This document shows, in pieces, positions 28,037 to 36,435 of a stretch of DNA of 64,000 nucleotides. Under the pieces are notes generated by a model. The model saw nothing but the letters and a program-made list of their open reading frames with translations, was not told the DNA's origin and made no database searches. The DNA is from a bacterium (lineage in GTDB: Bacteria > Cyanobacteriota > Vampirovibrionia > Gastranaerophilales > Gastranaerophilaceae): positions 1,976 to 65,975 of the forward strand of contig JAFUSQ010000026.1 of the NCBI GenBank assembly GCA_017467605.1. The letters are read 5' to 3'. Numbering within the stretch: position 1 is the first letter of the stretch; each line of letters starts with the position of its first letter. The position numbers and the translations under genes were made by a program.

Positions 28037-28081
28037 ATGTCAAAACGCAAGTATAGCCTGAATTTCGGGGGGGGCTTCTAG
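28037..28081 (+). other. 14-codon ORF with a strong SD, terminated just after a G8 homopolymer (28067-28074); one extra G would fuse it to the DGR target ORF
   Basis: ATG TCA AAA CGC AAG TAT AGC CTG AAT TTC GGG GGG GGC TTC TAG. The target frame is open from 28057 onward. Confidence 0.5.
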
Positions 28082-28373
28082 AGCCTCCTGTTGACCGGGT
28101 TTCAGCCGATTTAGAATGTGGGGTTAATTTATGTAACCCTGAAAATTTATTATGTCATTCAAAACATTTATTCGCCCAACAGACGAGTGAACAAACTGTT
28201 AACTTACCTGCCCCGATTGGGGAAGTGGCACGTAGTGCCGTAGGGGAAGTATCCCGTAGGGATTCAATCAAAAGTTTCGTGTTGGGCAGGTATGCCCAAC
28301 TTACATTATGTCACCCTGAACTCGTTTCAGGGTCTAAAAAACAGATGCTGAAACCAGTTCAGAATGACAAAAA
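28057..28373. repeat. Patchwork of at least 4 REP-like modules upstream of or inside the 5' end of the DGR target ORF
   Basis: Family D at 28195-28261, hairpin gttgggca-ggta-tgcccaac at 28281-28300, and family C (caccctgaac..ttcagggt plus atgctgaaac.agttcag.atgac) at 28309-28373. All have copies elsewhere in the window. Confidence 0.75.
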
Positions 28374-29397
28374 TAAGAAAGCTGCCTTCACCCTTGCAGA
28401 GGTCCTCATTACTATCGGAGTAATCGGGGTGGTTGCAGCAATGACAATGCCGACATTGATAAGAGGAATTGCGGAACGCAGTAATTCAGAAACACAGGCA
28501 AATGTTGCACAAAAGATTACCAAATCAATGGATTTGATGCGTGCAGACGGAAAATTGGAAAGAACATACGAAAGTACTGACGCGTTTGTTGATGAACTTT
28601 CTAAGTATTTGAAAATAACAACCCGTTGTAATGCTGCTAATATAGATAAATGCTGGCCAACTTCAACAGTAACGACATCAGACGGAAAAACTTTTGAAGT
28701 AAAAAAAGCTAAGAAAGGTAAAAACTTACAAATAAAAAGTAACACAACAGATAACGTCGGAATGATTTTGGCAGATGGAACTTCATTGATTATGACCTAT
28801 AACCAAGATGCCGCTTTAATTGGTGATGGTGATACAGTATCTCCATCATTTGCAACGTTACCGATAGGTTTTGGCAGAACAAAGAAATATGCATATACAA
28901 CCAGTGTAACAGATCCTATAGACTTTGTAATGGACGTAAACGGCTTTAGAGGACCAAATAGTGAAACCCGCGATGGCAAATACAATGATATCCGTTCATT
29001 TAAAGTTGCGAAATTTTCAGAAGGTTGTGCAGGAATCGAAGTTGATGGTATTGGTTGTGTATATGTACTGCCATCATTTTCAGCTATAGATACTTGTAGC
29101 GATAAGACTTATGATTCCAACGGAACAAGTAACTCATATTGTTCAAATAACAGATGGGCAGGAGCAAAGAAGGCATGCTCAGATATAGGAATGAGCTTAC
29201 CCGGAACCGGCACATTGCAAGCAATCTATAACAAATCCAAATCTGACCCGAGTTTGGGCCTACCTACTTCGGGTTACTTCTGGTCGTCTGCCGAGATCAT
29301 TGCAAATTACGCGTACGCCGTGAATTTATACAATGGCTACACGAACGGCAGCATCAAGTACTATTCGGGTTTCGGAGGGTTGTGTATAGGTGATTAA
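28225..29397 (+). CDS. DGR target protein: type IV pilin-like N-terminus plus a C-terminal lectin-like (DUF1566/CLec-type) domain carrying the VR
   Basis: Prepilin motif KKAAFTLAEVLITIGVIGVVAAMTMPTLI. The C-terminus is NRWAGAKKACSDIGMSLPGTGTLQAIY...GYFWSSAE...GLCIGD, and its last 43 codons are the VR. The true start is uncertain: GTG 28225, ATG 28345, or ATG 28037 after a frameshift. Confidence 0.85.
   Translation: MARSAVGEVSRRDSIKSFVLGRYAQLTLCHPELVSGSKKQMLKPVQNDKNKKAAFTLAEVLITIGVIGVVAAMTMPTLIRGIAERSNSETQANVAQKITKSMDLMRADGKLERTYESTDAFVDELSKYLKITTRCNAANIDKCWPTSTVTTSDGKTFEVKKAKKGKNLQIKSNTTDNVGMILADGTSLIMTYNQDAALIGDGDTVSPSFATLPIGFGRTKKYAYTTSVTDPIDFVMDVNGFRGPNSETRDGKYNDIRSFKVAKFSEGCAGIEVDGIGCVYVLPSFSAIDTCSDKTYDSNGTSNSYCSNNRWAGAKKACSDIGMSLPGTGTLQAIYNKSKSDPSLGLPTSGYFWSSAEIIANYAYAVNLYNGYTNGSIKYYSGFGGLCIGD
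29269..29397 (+). repeat. DGR variable repeat (VR), 129 nt, the last 43 codons of the target including the stop
   Basis: Aligns without gaps to TR 30191-30319. There are 21 mismatches, and 18 of them lie at TR adenines. Confidence 0.9.
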
Positions 29398-29417
29398 TTT
29401 TTCCTATTTCCCTATTT

Positions 29418-29442
29418 GGTGGATTTCTTCAGGAAATCCACC
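29418..29442 (+). other. 10-bp-stem hairpin 21 nt downstream of the VR (candidate DGR target-recognition hairpin/cruciform)
   Basis: ggtggatttc-ttcag-gaaatccacc. Confidence 0.45.
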
Positions 29443-29673
29443 CTATCGATAGCACGGAACACCAAAATAGAAATTTTTTTAAAATATTTAATTGTAACAG
29501 TATAATTTTATATCATAAAAATCTCCAAAACTTAGTAACAACAAGTGTTTACACTATATAATTTACTAAAAATAAGATAAAATGTACATGAAATAGGTCG
29601 AAACTGTTACAAAACTACATGAAACAAATACGTATGTATACCAAGCATAGCAAGTATTTGACGGGACAGAACA

Positions 29674-30045
29674 ATGGCACAATATAATACTTTACCAATC
29701 TATAAAGCAACATATGATGTTTTGCTGCGTGTTATGCATGCAGTGTCGCATTTCCCGCGTGAATATAAATATTCACTCGGGGAGAAAATTCAAAATGAAA
29801 TAATCGAGTTGGTTATTTATATTTACAAAGCAAACAGTACAAAAAACAAAGTTGAATTTTTAACTAAAATGCAGGAACAAATTCAGTTAGTATATCTTTT
29901 GTTACGAATTTCGCATGATATGAAGCTTATGCCTACTCAAAAATATGCAGGTATTGTTAAGATGATTGATGAAGTATCATGCCAAGCGAAAGGGTGGTTA
30001 AGAGTAAATGAAAAATTGCGAGAGCCTGTTGATGCTAAGGCTTAA
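29674..30045 (+). CDS. avd: DGR accessory variability determinant (Avd; four-helix-bundle protein)
   Basis: 123 aa with predicted helical repeats (LPIYKATYDVLLRVMHAVSHFPREYKYSLGEKI...). Sits between the target and the TR-RT. Confidence 0.8.
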   Translation: MAQYNTLPIYKATYDVLLRVMHAVSHFPREYKYSLGEKIQNEIIELVIYIYKANSTKNKVEFLTKMQEQIQLVYLLLRISHDMKLMPTQKYAGIVKMIDEVSCQAKGWLRVNEKLREPVDAKA

Positions 30046-30190
30046 CAGGGAGTGCGTTTTTCATCACGTGGGGAGCAGTACTTCATAAGAGGAACTAAAT
30101 TTGAGATAACATCAAAGTTGTTATTTTTGATGGAAATATGTCAGTTATGATAAATTTTCTTCGATTCTAACATCAAGAGACTTCCTGTCA

Positions 30191-30319
30191 TCGGGTAACT
30201 TCTGGTCGTCTGCCGAGAACAATGCAAATAACGCGAACAACGTGAATTTCAACAATGGCAACACGAACAACAACAACAAGAACAATTCGAATATCGGAGG
30301 GTTGTGTATAGTTGATGAA
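30191..30319 (+). repeat. DGR template repeat (TR), 129 nt, adenine-rich (12 AAC and 6 AAT codons in the VR frame)
   Basis: Non-coding copy of the VR located 39 nt upstream of the RT start. Confidence 0.9.
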
Positions 30320-30357
30320 ATGTTATATTTTTTATTTATTCTTAATCTTTTCAGTAT

Positions 30358-31482
30358 ATGAATTATGATTTTACTTTAGCTGATTTATTTAAAGCTTATT
30401 TTGACTGCCGTAAAAATAAGCGGTGTAAATTAACTGCATTAAAATTTGAAATAAACCTTGAGAAAAATTTGTTAGATTTGTATAAAGAAATTAAGTCCGG
30501 AAATTATAAAATCGGACGCAGTATTTGTTTTGTTGTAACTCACCCGAAACCTCGTGAAGTTTGGGCAGCTAATTTCCGCGACAGAATTGTTCATCATCTT
30601 ATTTACAATTTTATCAGTGAAAGATTTTACAAAAGATTTATCAAAGATACTTACAGCTGTATTCCAAAAAGGGGAACTCTCGCTGCTGCTAAAAGATTGT
30701 TACATTTTTCACGCAGTGCTACAAATAATTATACAAAAGAAATGTACTATCTTAAAGCTGATATGTCCAACTTTTTCGTTTCAATAAATAAAAATATTTT
30801 GTTTGAATTGTTAAAAAAATATGTTCATGAAGAATGGATTCTGGCTATTCTTAAAAAAATCATATATAATGATCCGACTAAAAATGTTTTAAAAAAATCA
30901 TCTCGCAAAAAATTCAGGCTTATTCCGTCATATAAAAGCCTTTTTAATTCTGATTGCTGTCACGGTTTACCTATTGGGAATTTGACCAGTCAGTTTTTTA
31001 GTAATGTGTATCTTGATGTGTTAGATCAATATATTAAACACAATTTGAAATGCAGGTATTATGTACGATATGTGGACGATTTTATTATTATTGCTGAAAA
31101 TCCGCATATCCTAAATTCTCTTTTTGACAAGATTAGATCTTTCCTATATGAAAGTCTTAATGTAACACTTCACCCCAAAAAAAAGCTTGTTAATAAATTG
31201 ACTGTAGGTATGGATTTTGTAGGTTTTATTGTTAAGCCTGCAAGAATGCTTCTTAGACAGAATATATTAAGAAGAATTTTTGAAATTATTAAAATTTGGA
31301 AAAATGCTCACAATATGTTTGAGTATTTTATTTTGAATAAATTCTTTAGAACAATTAACAGTTATCTGGGCATGCTTATAAATGTCAGTTCATTTAATAT
31401 CAGATTAAAAATTGCATTGCTCGTTAATAGTTTGTTTATTCGTCCTGATTTTTCTTTTTCAAAAGTCGTGTTGTGTTATTAA
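30358..31482 (+). CDS. DGR-type reverse transcriptase
   Basis: 374 aa. LPIGNLTSQFFSNVYL carries the [ILV]GxxxSQ signature of DGR RTs. YVRYVDDFIII is the catalytic YxDD box. There is no maturase, endonuclease or retron-type extension. Confidence 0.9.
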   Translation: MNYDFTLADLFKAYFDCRKNKRCKLTALKFEINLEKNLLDLYKEIKSGNYKIGRSICFVVTHPKPREVWAANFRDRIVHHLIYNFISERFYKRFIKDTYSCIPKRGTLAAAKRLLHFSRSATNNYTKEMYYLKADMSNFFVSINKNILFELLKKYVHEEWILAILKKIIYNDPTKNVLKKSSRKKFRLIPSYKSLFNSDCCHGLPIGNLTSQFFSNVYLDVLDQYIKHNLKCRYYVRYVDDFIIIAENPHILNSLFDKIRSFLYESLNVTLHPKKKLVNKLTVGMDFVGFIVKPARMLLRQNILRRIFEIIKIWKNAHNMFEYFILNKFFRTINSYLGMLINVSSFNIRLKIALLVNSLFIRPDFSFSKVVLCY

Positions 31483-31636
31483 GAAAATTACTATTTATTG
31501 ATTGTACAAAGCCCTTTACATTTATGATTGTTCTTGATAAGCTTATTCATAATATGGGTTAAGGTTTAATTACCTTCACCCCGCGGCTCTCTCAGAAAGG
31601 GCGAGGGAGTAATTTATATAGAAAGAGGGATTAGTT

Positions 31637-33166
31637 ATGACAAAAAGAGTTTTACTTTGTATAATGGACGGTTGGGGAATTTCCACAGGTTCTGAAAAGT
31701 ATGATGCAACTAAATTGGCATGTCCTGTTAATGTGCCAAAATTAGAAAAAGAAGAAAAATTTATTCATATAAAGGCTGACGGCGAAAATGTCGGACTTCC
31801 GGCAGGTCAAATGGGTAATAGTGAAGTCGGTCACTTGAATTTAGGTGCAGGACGTATTGTTTATCAGGATTTGTCAAAGATTAACAATGCAATAAAAGAC
31901 GGAAGTTTCTTCAAAAACGAAAGATTTTTGAATGCAATTGAACATGCTAAGAAAAATAATTCAGCTTTGCACATATACGGACTTGTTTCAACAGGCGGAG
32001 TTCATTCATCTTTAGATCATTTATTGGCATTGATTAAAATGGCATCTGATAATGGTTTGACAAAAGTTTATGTTCATGCATTTTTAGACGGCCGTGATAC
32101 TCCTCCGGCAAGTGCTTGTGAATATGTTCAAGTTGTGGAAGATGAACTTAAAAAATACAACTTGCCTCCTGTTGCGACAGTTATCGGACGTTATTATATT
32201 ATGGACAGAGATAATCGCTGGGATAGGGTTGAAAAAGGTTACAACGCTTTGTTGCTGGGTGAAGGTGAGCATGCACAATCCGCAATTGAAGGTATTAAAG
32301 CATCATATGATAAAGGCGAAACTGATGAATTTGTATTGCCGACTGTAATAGGCGGAGAAGAATCTAGAATTCACGATAACGATTCAATAATTTTCTTTAA
32401 TTATCGTCCTGATAGAGCAAGAGAAATTACAAAAGCAATCAATTTTGCAGATTTTGACGGCTTTAACAGAAAGAAAGTTCTGAAAAATATTTTGTACACC
32501 ACAATGACAAGTTATGAAGCAACTTTCACATTCCCTGTTGCATTCCCTAAAGAAAAACTTATAAATATTTTGGGAGATGTTTTGGAAGAAAACGGTATAA
32601 ATCAATTTAGAACTGCCGAAACCGAAAAATATGCACACGTTACATTCTTCTTTAACGGTGGAATTGATCAGCCGCAGGCTCACGAAACTCGTGTTCTTGT
32701 TGCCTCACCAAAAGTTGCAACTTATGATATGCAGCCTGAAATGAGTGCTTTTGAAGTTTGCGATAACGTTTTAAAAGCAGTAGACAATCCAAAATATCAA
32801 TTTATTCTGGTAAACTTTGCAAACCCTGATATGGTAGGTCATACAGGAGTTGTCGAAGCAGCGACAAAAGCTTGTAAAGTTGTAGATGATTGTGTCGGAA
32901 AAATTGCCGATGCTTGTAAGAAAAACGGTATTGTTATGTTGTTAACCGCAGATCATGGAAATGCAGAGGTTATGGTTGATGAACAAACAGGCAAACCGCA
33001 AACAGCTCACACAACAAATGATGTTCCGTTTGTGTTAATTAATGCCCCGAAAGAACTGCAACTTCGTGAAGGTGGAGCGTTGTGTGATGTTGCCCCAACA
33101 GTTCTTCAATTGTTAGGTATTACTCAGCCAAAAGAAATGACGGGAATGTCTTTGATTAGAAAGTAG
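31637..33166 (+). CDS. gpmI: 2,3-bisphosphoglycerate-independent phosphoglycerate mutase
   Basis: 509 aa; MDGWG...MGNSEVGHLNLGAGR and ADHGNAE motifs. Confidence 0.93.
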   Translation: MTKRVLLCIMDGWGISTGSEKYDATKLACPVNVPKLEKEEKFIHIKADGENVGLPAGQMGNSEVGHLNLGAGRIVYQDLSKINNAIKDGSFFKNERFLNAIEHAKKNNSALHIYGLVSTGGVHSSLDHLLALIKMASDNGLTKVYVHAFLDGRDTPPASACEYVQVVEDELKKYNLPPVATVIGRYYIMDRDNRWDRVEKGYNALLLGEGEHAQSAIEGIKASYDKGETDEFVLPTVIGGEESRIHDNDSIIFFNYRPDRAREITKAINFADFDGFNRKKVLKNILYTTMTSYEATFTFPVAFPKEKLINILGDVLEENGINQFRTAETEKYAHVTFFFNGGIDQPQAHETRVLVASPKVATYDMQPEMSAFEVCDNVLKAVDNPKYQFILVNFANPDMVGHTGVVEAATKACKVVDDCVGKIADACKKNGIVMLLTADHGNAEVMVDEQTGKPQTAHTTNDVPFVLINAPKELQLREGGALCDVAPTVLQLLGITQPKEMTGMSLIRK

Positions 33167-33170
33167 GACG

Positions 33171-33245
33171 AATTTGATAAGTATATATAATGATACGTAC
33201 TTATCGCACTTAACCTACTTATCAAGCTTATCCTACCTAAAATAA
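33171..33245. repeat. GATAAGT/ACTTATC degenerate palindromic repeat
   Basis: tttgataagtatatataatgatacgtacttatcgcacttaacctacttatcaagcttatcctacc. Confidence 0.6.
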
Positions 33246-33261
33246 AAATAAGGAATTACAA

Positions 33262-36261
33262 ATGACAAATAGTATAGATAAATTAGATATAGATTTTTCG
33301 TTTAAGAAAAATAACGTTGATGAATTGTTTTTTAACTTGAGTGAAAATCCTGAACACTTTAAAAATAAAGATTTTCGCTATACGTTGAGTATGATTTATC
33401 AAATTGTTGAGGACGAATTTGCGGGGATTTTCCTAAGTCCGAATGCCCCAACACGTAATACTAATTTTTATCTTACAAATAGAGGGTTAAAAACAAATTC
33501 TCTAACAGGACAGAAACCGACATTTTTTGTAACCCCGACTAATAATTTTCAGTATTATCTAAAATCTAAAGGGTCATTATTCCGTTTTAGGTCTGAAGTT
33601 TTAGGTGAACATGTCGGATATTTTATGGATTGGGATTTGGTCATGGACTATTTTGGCGGATTTGGCAATGTTTGCGATCTTGATGACTTAACTCCGACAT
33701 TTATATATTTAAATAAATTAACTTACTTTGTAATGAAGTTGATTGAAAAACTGTATTTTATTCCAACAGTAAAACGTCATGGACAAATGTTTAGAATCGT
33801 GTATGAGCCGATTATTAACAATTCAAAAATGGCGAGAATTATCAACCTTTTTGAAGAATGTATGCCGGAAGATTTGTTTATTGAAGGTGAAAAACCTCAA
33901 AACTTTGTCTACGAATTTATTTATACGTATTTAAATTATGTTATTTATAAGTTTTTAGGCATAAAAATGTATCGTTTTAAGGACGTAAAATCGGGGACTT
34001 ACCTTCTTAAAGACCTTGAACAGCGTGCAGTCTTGAAAGGTAAAGATATAGCGGAAAGTTTTACAAATTGGTTTGATGAGCTTTATTTGGGTAAATATGA
34101 TGTAATCCCGTTCTTCAAAATCGAAAAAGTTGAAGATGAACTGTTTAGGTTAAAAGTTCATATTAAAGACAGAAAACATAATGAAAGTGTTTTAATTGAT
34201 AAACTTTATACAGATGAAACAGTATTTGGTGCAAAATCTTCTGATATTTCAAGAATTGTAGAAAAACAATTAAATTATGCACTTCGTTATATGCCTGAAC
34301 TAGAGGATTTATTTGAAGATGAAGAAAAACTTTATCTTGATTTGAATTTGAACGAGATTTATAAAATGATTACTCAGACTGCATATTATCTTCAAAAAGC
34401 TCAAATTGAGGTAGTATTGCCTGAAGAATTAACAAATATTATTATTCCGAGGGCTTCAATTAATGCGAAAGTTAAAGAATCCAGAGCGGGTGATTTAGCA
34501 GATTTAATCAATAACAATGCAAATGCAGGCAAAATGTCTCTTGATGATATTTTGGAATTTTCTTATGAAATTGCTATCGGCAACGAAAAAATATCTATTG
34601 AAGAATATAAAAAATTATTGGAAAATAATAACGGACTAATTAAATACAAAAATAAATATGTTTTGATTGACCAAGAAGAAGGTAAGAAAATCTTTGAACA
34701 AATTGCCAAGTCTAACCTGAAATCTATGTCAAGAATGGAATTAATTCACGCATCTTTGTCAGGTCAATTTGACCAATATGATTTTGATTATGATGCTGCG
34801 TTTGCAAGAGTATTGGCAGATTTTACAAAACCTGTCGAAATGACAATTCCAACGGGCTTGAAAGGCAATTTGAGACCTTATCAGGAGGTTGGTTTAAGAT
34901 GGTTGTGGACGAATGTTTCAAAAGGTTTTGGCTCTTGTATGGCTGATGATATGGGATTAGGTAAAACTATTCAAGTTATCAGTTTGTTATTAAAGATGAA
35001 AGAAGAAAACAGATTAAATAAACCTGTTCTTGTAATTTGTCCTACAACTTTGATGGGTAACTGGATGAAAGAACTACAGTTGTTTGCACCTGATATCGAC
35101 GCGGTAATTTATCATGGTGCTGATAGGGTTCTCGATGTTGAGCATGATGTTATTCTTACAACTTATGCAATTATGAGAATTGATATCGAGGAATTGAAAA
35201 AACATGAGTGGAGTGTAATTATAGTCGATGAAGCCCAGAATATTAAAAACCCTGATACGGCTCAAACTCTTGCAATTAAAATGCTAAAATCAGATGTAAA
35301 AGTTGCTATGACAGGTACTCCTGTTGAAAATAGATTGACAGAATTATGGAGTATTTTTGATTTTATCAATAAAGGTTATCTTGGTACATTGAGAGAATTC
35401 CAAAAAAGTTATGCAATTCCAATTGAAAGATTTAAAGAAAATACTCGTGCAAATAAATTAAAGATGTCAATTTCTCCGTTTGTATTGAGACGTTTGAAAA
35501 CTGATAAGCATGTAATTTCAGATCTGCCTGAAAAAATGGTACTTAATGAATATTGCTATTTGTCAAAAGTACAGGCAGTTCTATATGAAAAAACTCTTAA
35601 TGAAATGATGACAAAAATTAGCGGATTTACAGGTGTAAACAGACGCGGTAATATTTTCAAACTTATTACTGCATTAAAGCAAATTTGTAATCACCCTTAT
35701 CAATTCTTAAAATCAGGAGAAATGGGCAGAGAGCTTTCCGGTAAAATGGAAAAATGTCTTGACCTCGTTCAAAATATTATTGATAACGGAGAAAAAACTC
35801 TTATCTTTACTCAGTATAAAGAAATGGGAGATATTTTGTGTAAGGTTATTTCTCAAGAATGTAATACTGAACCGTTATTTTTCCATGGCAGTTTAACTGT
35901 TCCTCAACGTGAAGAAATAATTGAACAATTCCAAACTGATGATGATTGTAAAGTAATGATACTATCTTTAAAAGCCGGCGGTACAGGTTTGAACCTGACA
36001 AGTGCAACAAACGTAATCCATTACGATTTGTGGTGGAATCCGGCAGTTGAAGATCAGGCAACAGACAGAACTTATCGTATCGGTCAAGATAAAAATGTAA
36101 TGGTTCACAGAATGATTACATTAGGCACTTTTGAAGAAAAAATTGACGAAATGCTTAAATCTAAAAAAGAATTGGCTGATTTGGCAGTTTACGAAGGTGA
36201 AAAGATTATTACAGAATTGTCAGATGAAGAAATTTACGAAATCTTCACTCTTTCTGCTTAA
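33262..36261 (+). CDS. SNF2-family DEAD/H helicase with an N-terminal region of about 520 aa of unknown function
   Basis: LRPYQEVGLRWL, DDMGLGKT (motif I), DEAQNIKN (motif II) and a C-terminal helicase domain (LSLKAGGTGLNLT, QATDRTYRIGQ). Confidence 0.9.
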   Translation: MTNSIDKLDIDFSFKKNNVDELFFNLSENPEHFKNKDFRYTLSMIYQIVEDEFAGIFLSPNAPTRNTNFYLTNRGLKTNSLTGQKPTFFVTPTNNFQYYLKSKGSLFRFRSEVLGEHVGYFMDWDLVMDYFGGFGNVCDLDDLTPTFIYLNKLTYFVMKLIEKLYFIPTVKRHGQMFRIVYEPIINNSKMARIINLFEECMPEDLFIEGEKPQNFVYEFIYTYLNYVIYKFLGIKMYRFKDVKSGTYLLKDLEQRAVLKGKDIAESFTNWFDELYLGKYDVIPFFKIEKVEDELFRLKVHIKDRKHNESVLIDKLYTDETVFGAKSSDISRIVEKQLNYALRYMPELEDLFEDEEKLYLDLNLNEIYKMITQTAYYLQKAQIEVVLPEELTNIIIPRASINAKVKESRAGDLADLINNNANAGKMSLDDILEFSYEIAIGNEKISIEEYKKLLENNNGLIKYKNKYVLIDQEEGKKIFEQIAKSNLKSMSRMELIHASLSGQFDQYDFDYDAAFARVLADFTKPVEMTIPTGLKGNLRPYQEVGLRWLWTNVSKGFGSCMADDMGLGKTIQVISLLLKMKEENRLNKPVLVICPTTLMGNWMKELQLFAPDIDAVIYHGADRVLDVEHDVILTTYAIMRIDIEELKKHEWSVIIVDEAQNIKNPDTAQTLAIKMLKSDVKVAMTGTPVENRLTELWSIFDFINKGYLGTLREFQKSYAIPIERFKENTRANKLKMSISPFVLRRLKTDKHVISDLPEKMVLNEYCYLSKVQAVLYEKTLNEMMTKISGFTGVNRRGNIFKLITALKQICNHPYQFLKSGEMGRELSGKMEKCLDLVQNIIDNGEKTLIFTQYKEMGDILCKVISQECNTEPLFFHGSLTVPQREEIIEQFQTDDDCKVMILSLKAGGTGLNLTSATNVIHYDLWWNPAVEDQATDRTYRIGQDKNVMVHRMITLGTFEEKIDEMLKSKKELADLAVYEGEKIITELSDEEIYEIFTLSA

Positions 36262-36331
36262 AAGCAAATTTTATAATTTCATTGAGTATTACCATCTTGA
36301 AATTATTACAAAAATGGTTTATAATAATAAG

Positions 36332-36435
36332 GCAGGGAGTCGGTCAAGCTCCGTTAAAGCTTAACCGACTATGCAACTAAATTAACAAAGATACAATTTG
36401 TAAAAGAAGTCCTATTAGCGCAAGGACTTCTTTTA
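36332..36435 (+). ncRNA. Candidate small RNA of about 100 nt (unknown family)
   Basis: Consensus promoter TTGAAA(36297-36302)-17 nt-TATAAT(36320-36325). Nested hairpin agtcggt..aagct-ccgttaa-agctt..accgact. Terminator gaagtcct-attagcgca-aggacttc followed by tttt. No ORF. Confidence 0.35.

Larger units (their letters stand above)
28037..31482 (+). mobile_element. Diversity-generating retroelement cassette (target/VR - avd - TR - RT)
   Basis: All four canonical components are present in the canonical order on one strand. No integrase or phage genes flank it (coaD on the left, gpmI on the right). Confidence 0.9.

Noticed and set aside
28225-28227. GTG at 28225 as the genuine start of the DGR target
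   Set aside because: It is simply the first start-like codon in an open frame that begins inside a REP element, and it has no SD. It is kept only as the ORF boundary. The true initiation site is unresolved (28037 with a frameshift, or 28345).
30358-31482. RT considered as a retron or group II intron RT
   Set aside because: There is no intron RNA domain, maturase (X) domain or endonuclease domain. No msr/msd-like inverted repeats are present. The IGNLTSQ signature, an adjacent Avd-type gene and a TR/VR pair with A-specific mismatches all identify a DGR.
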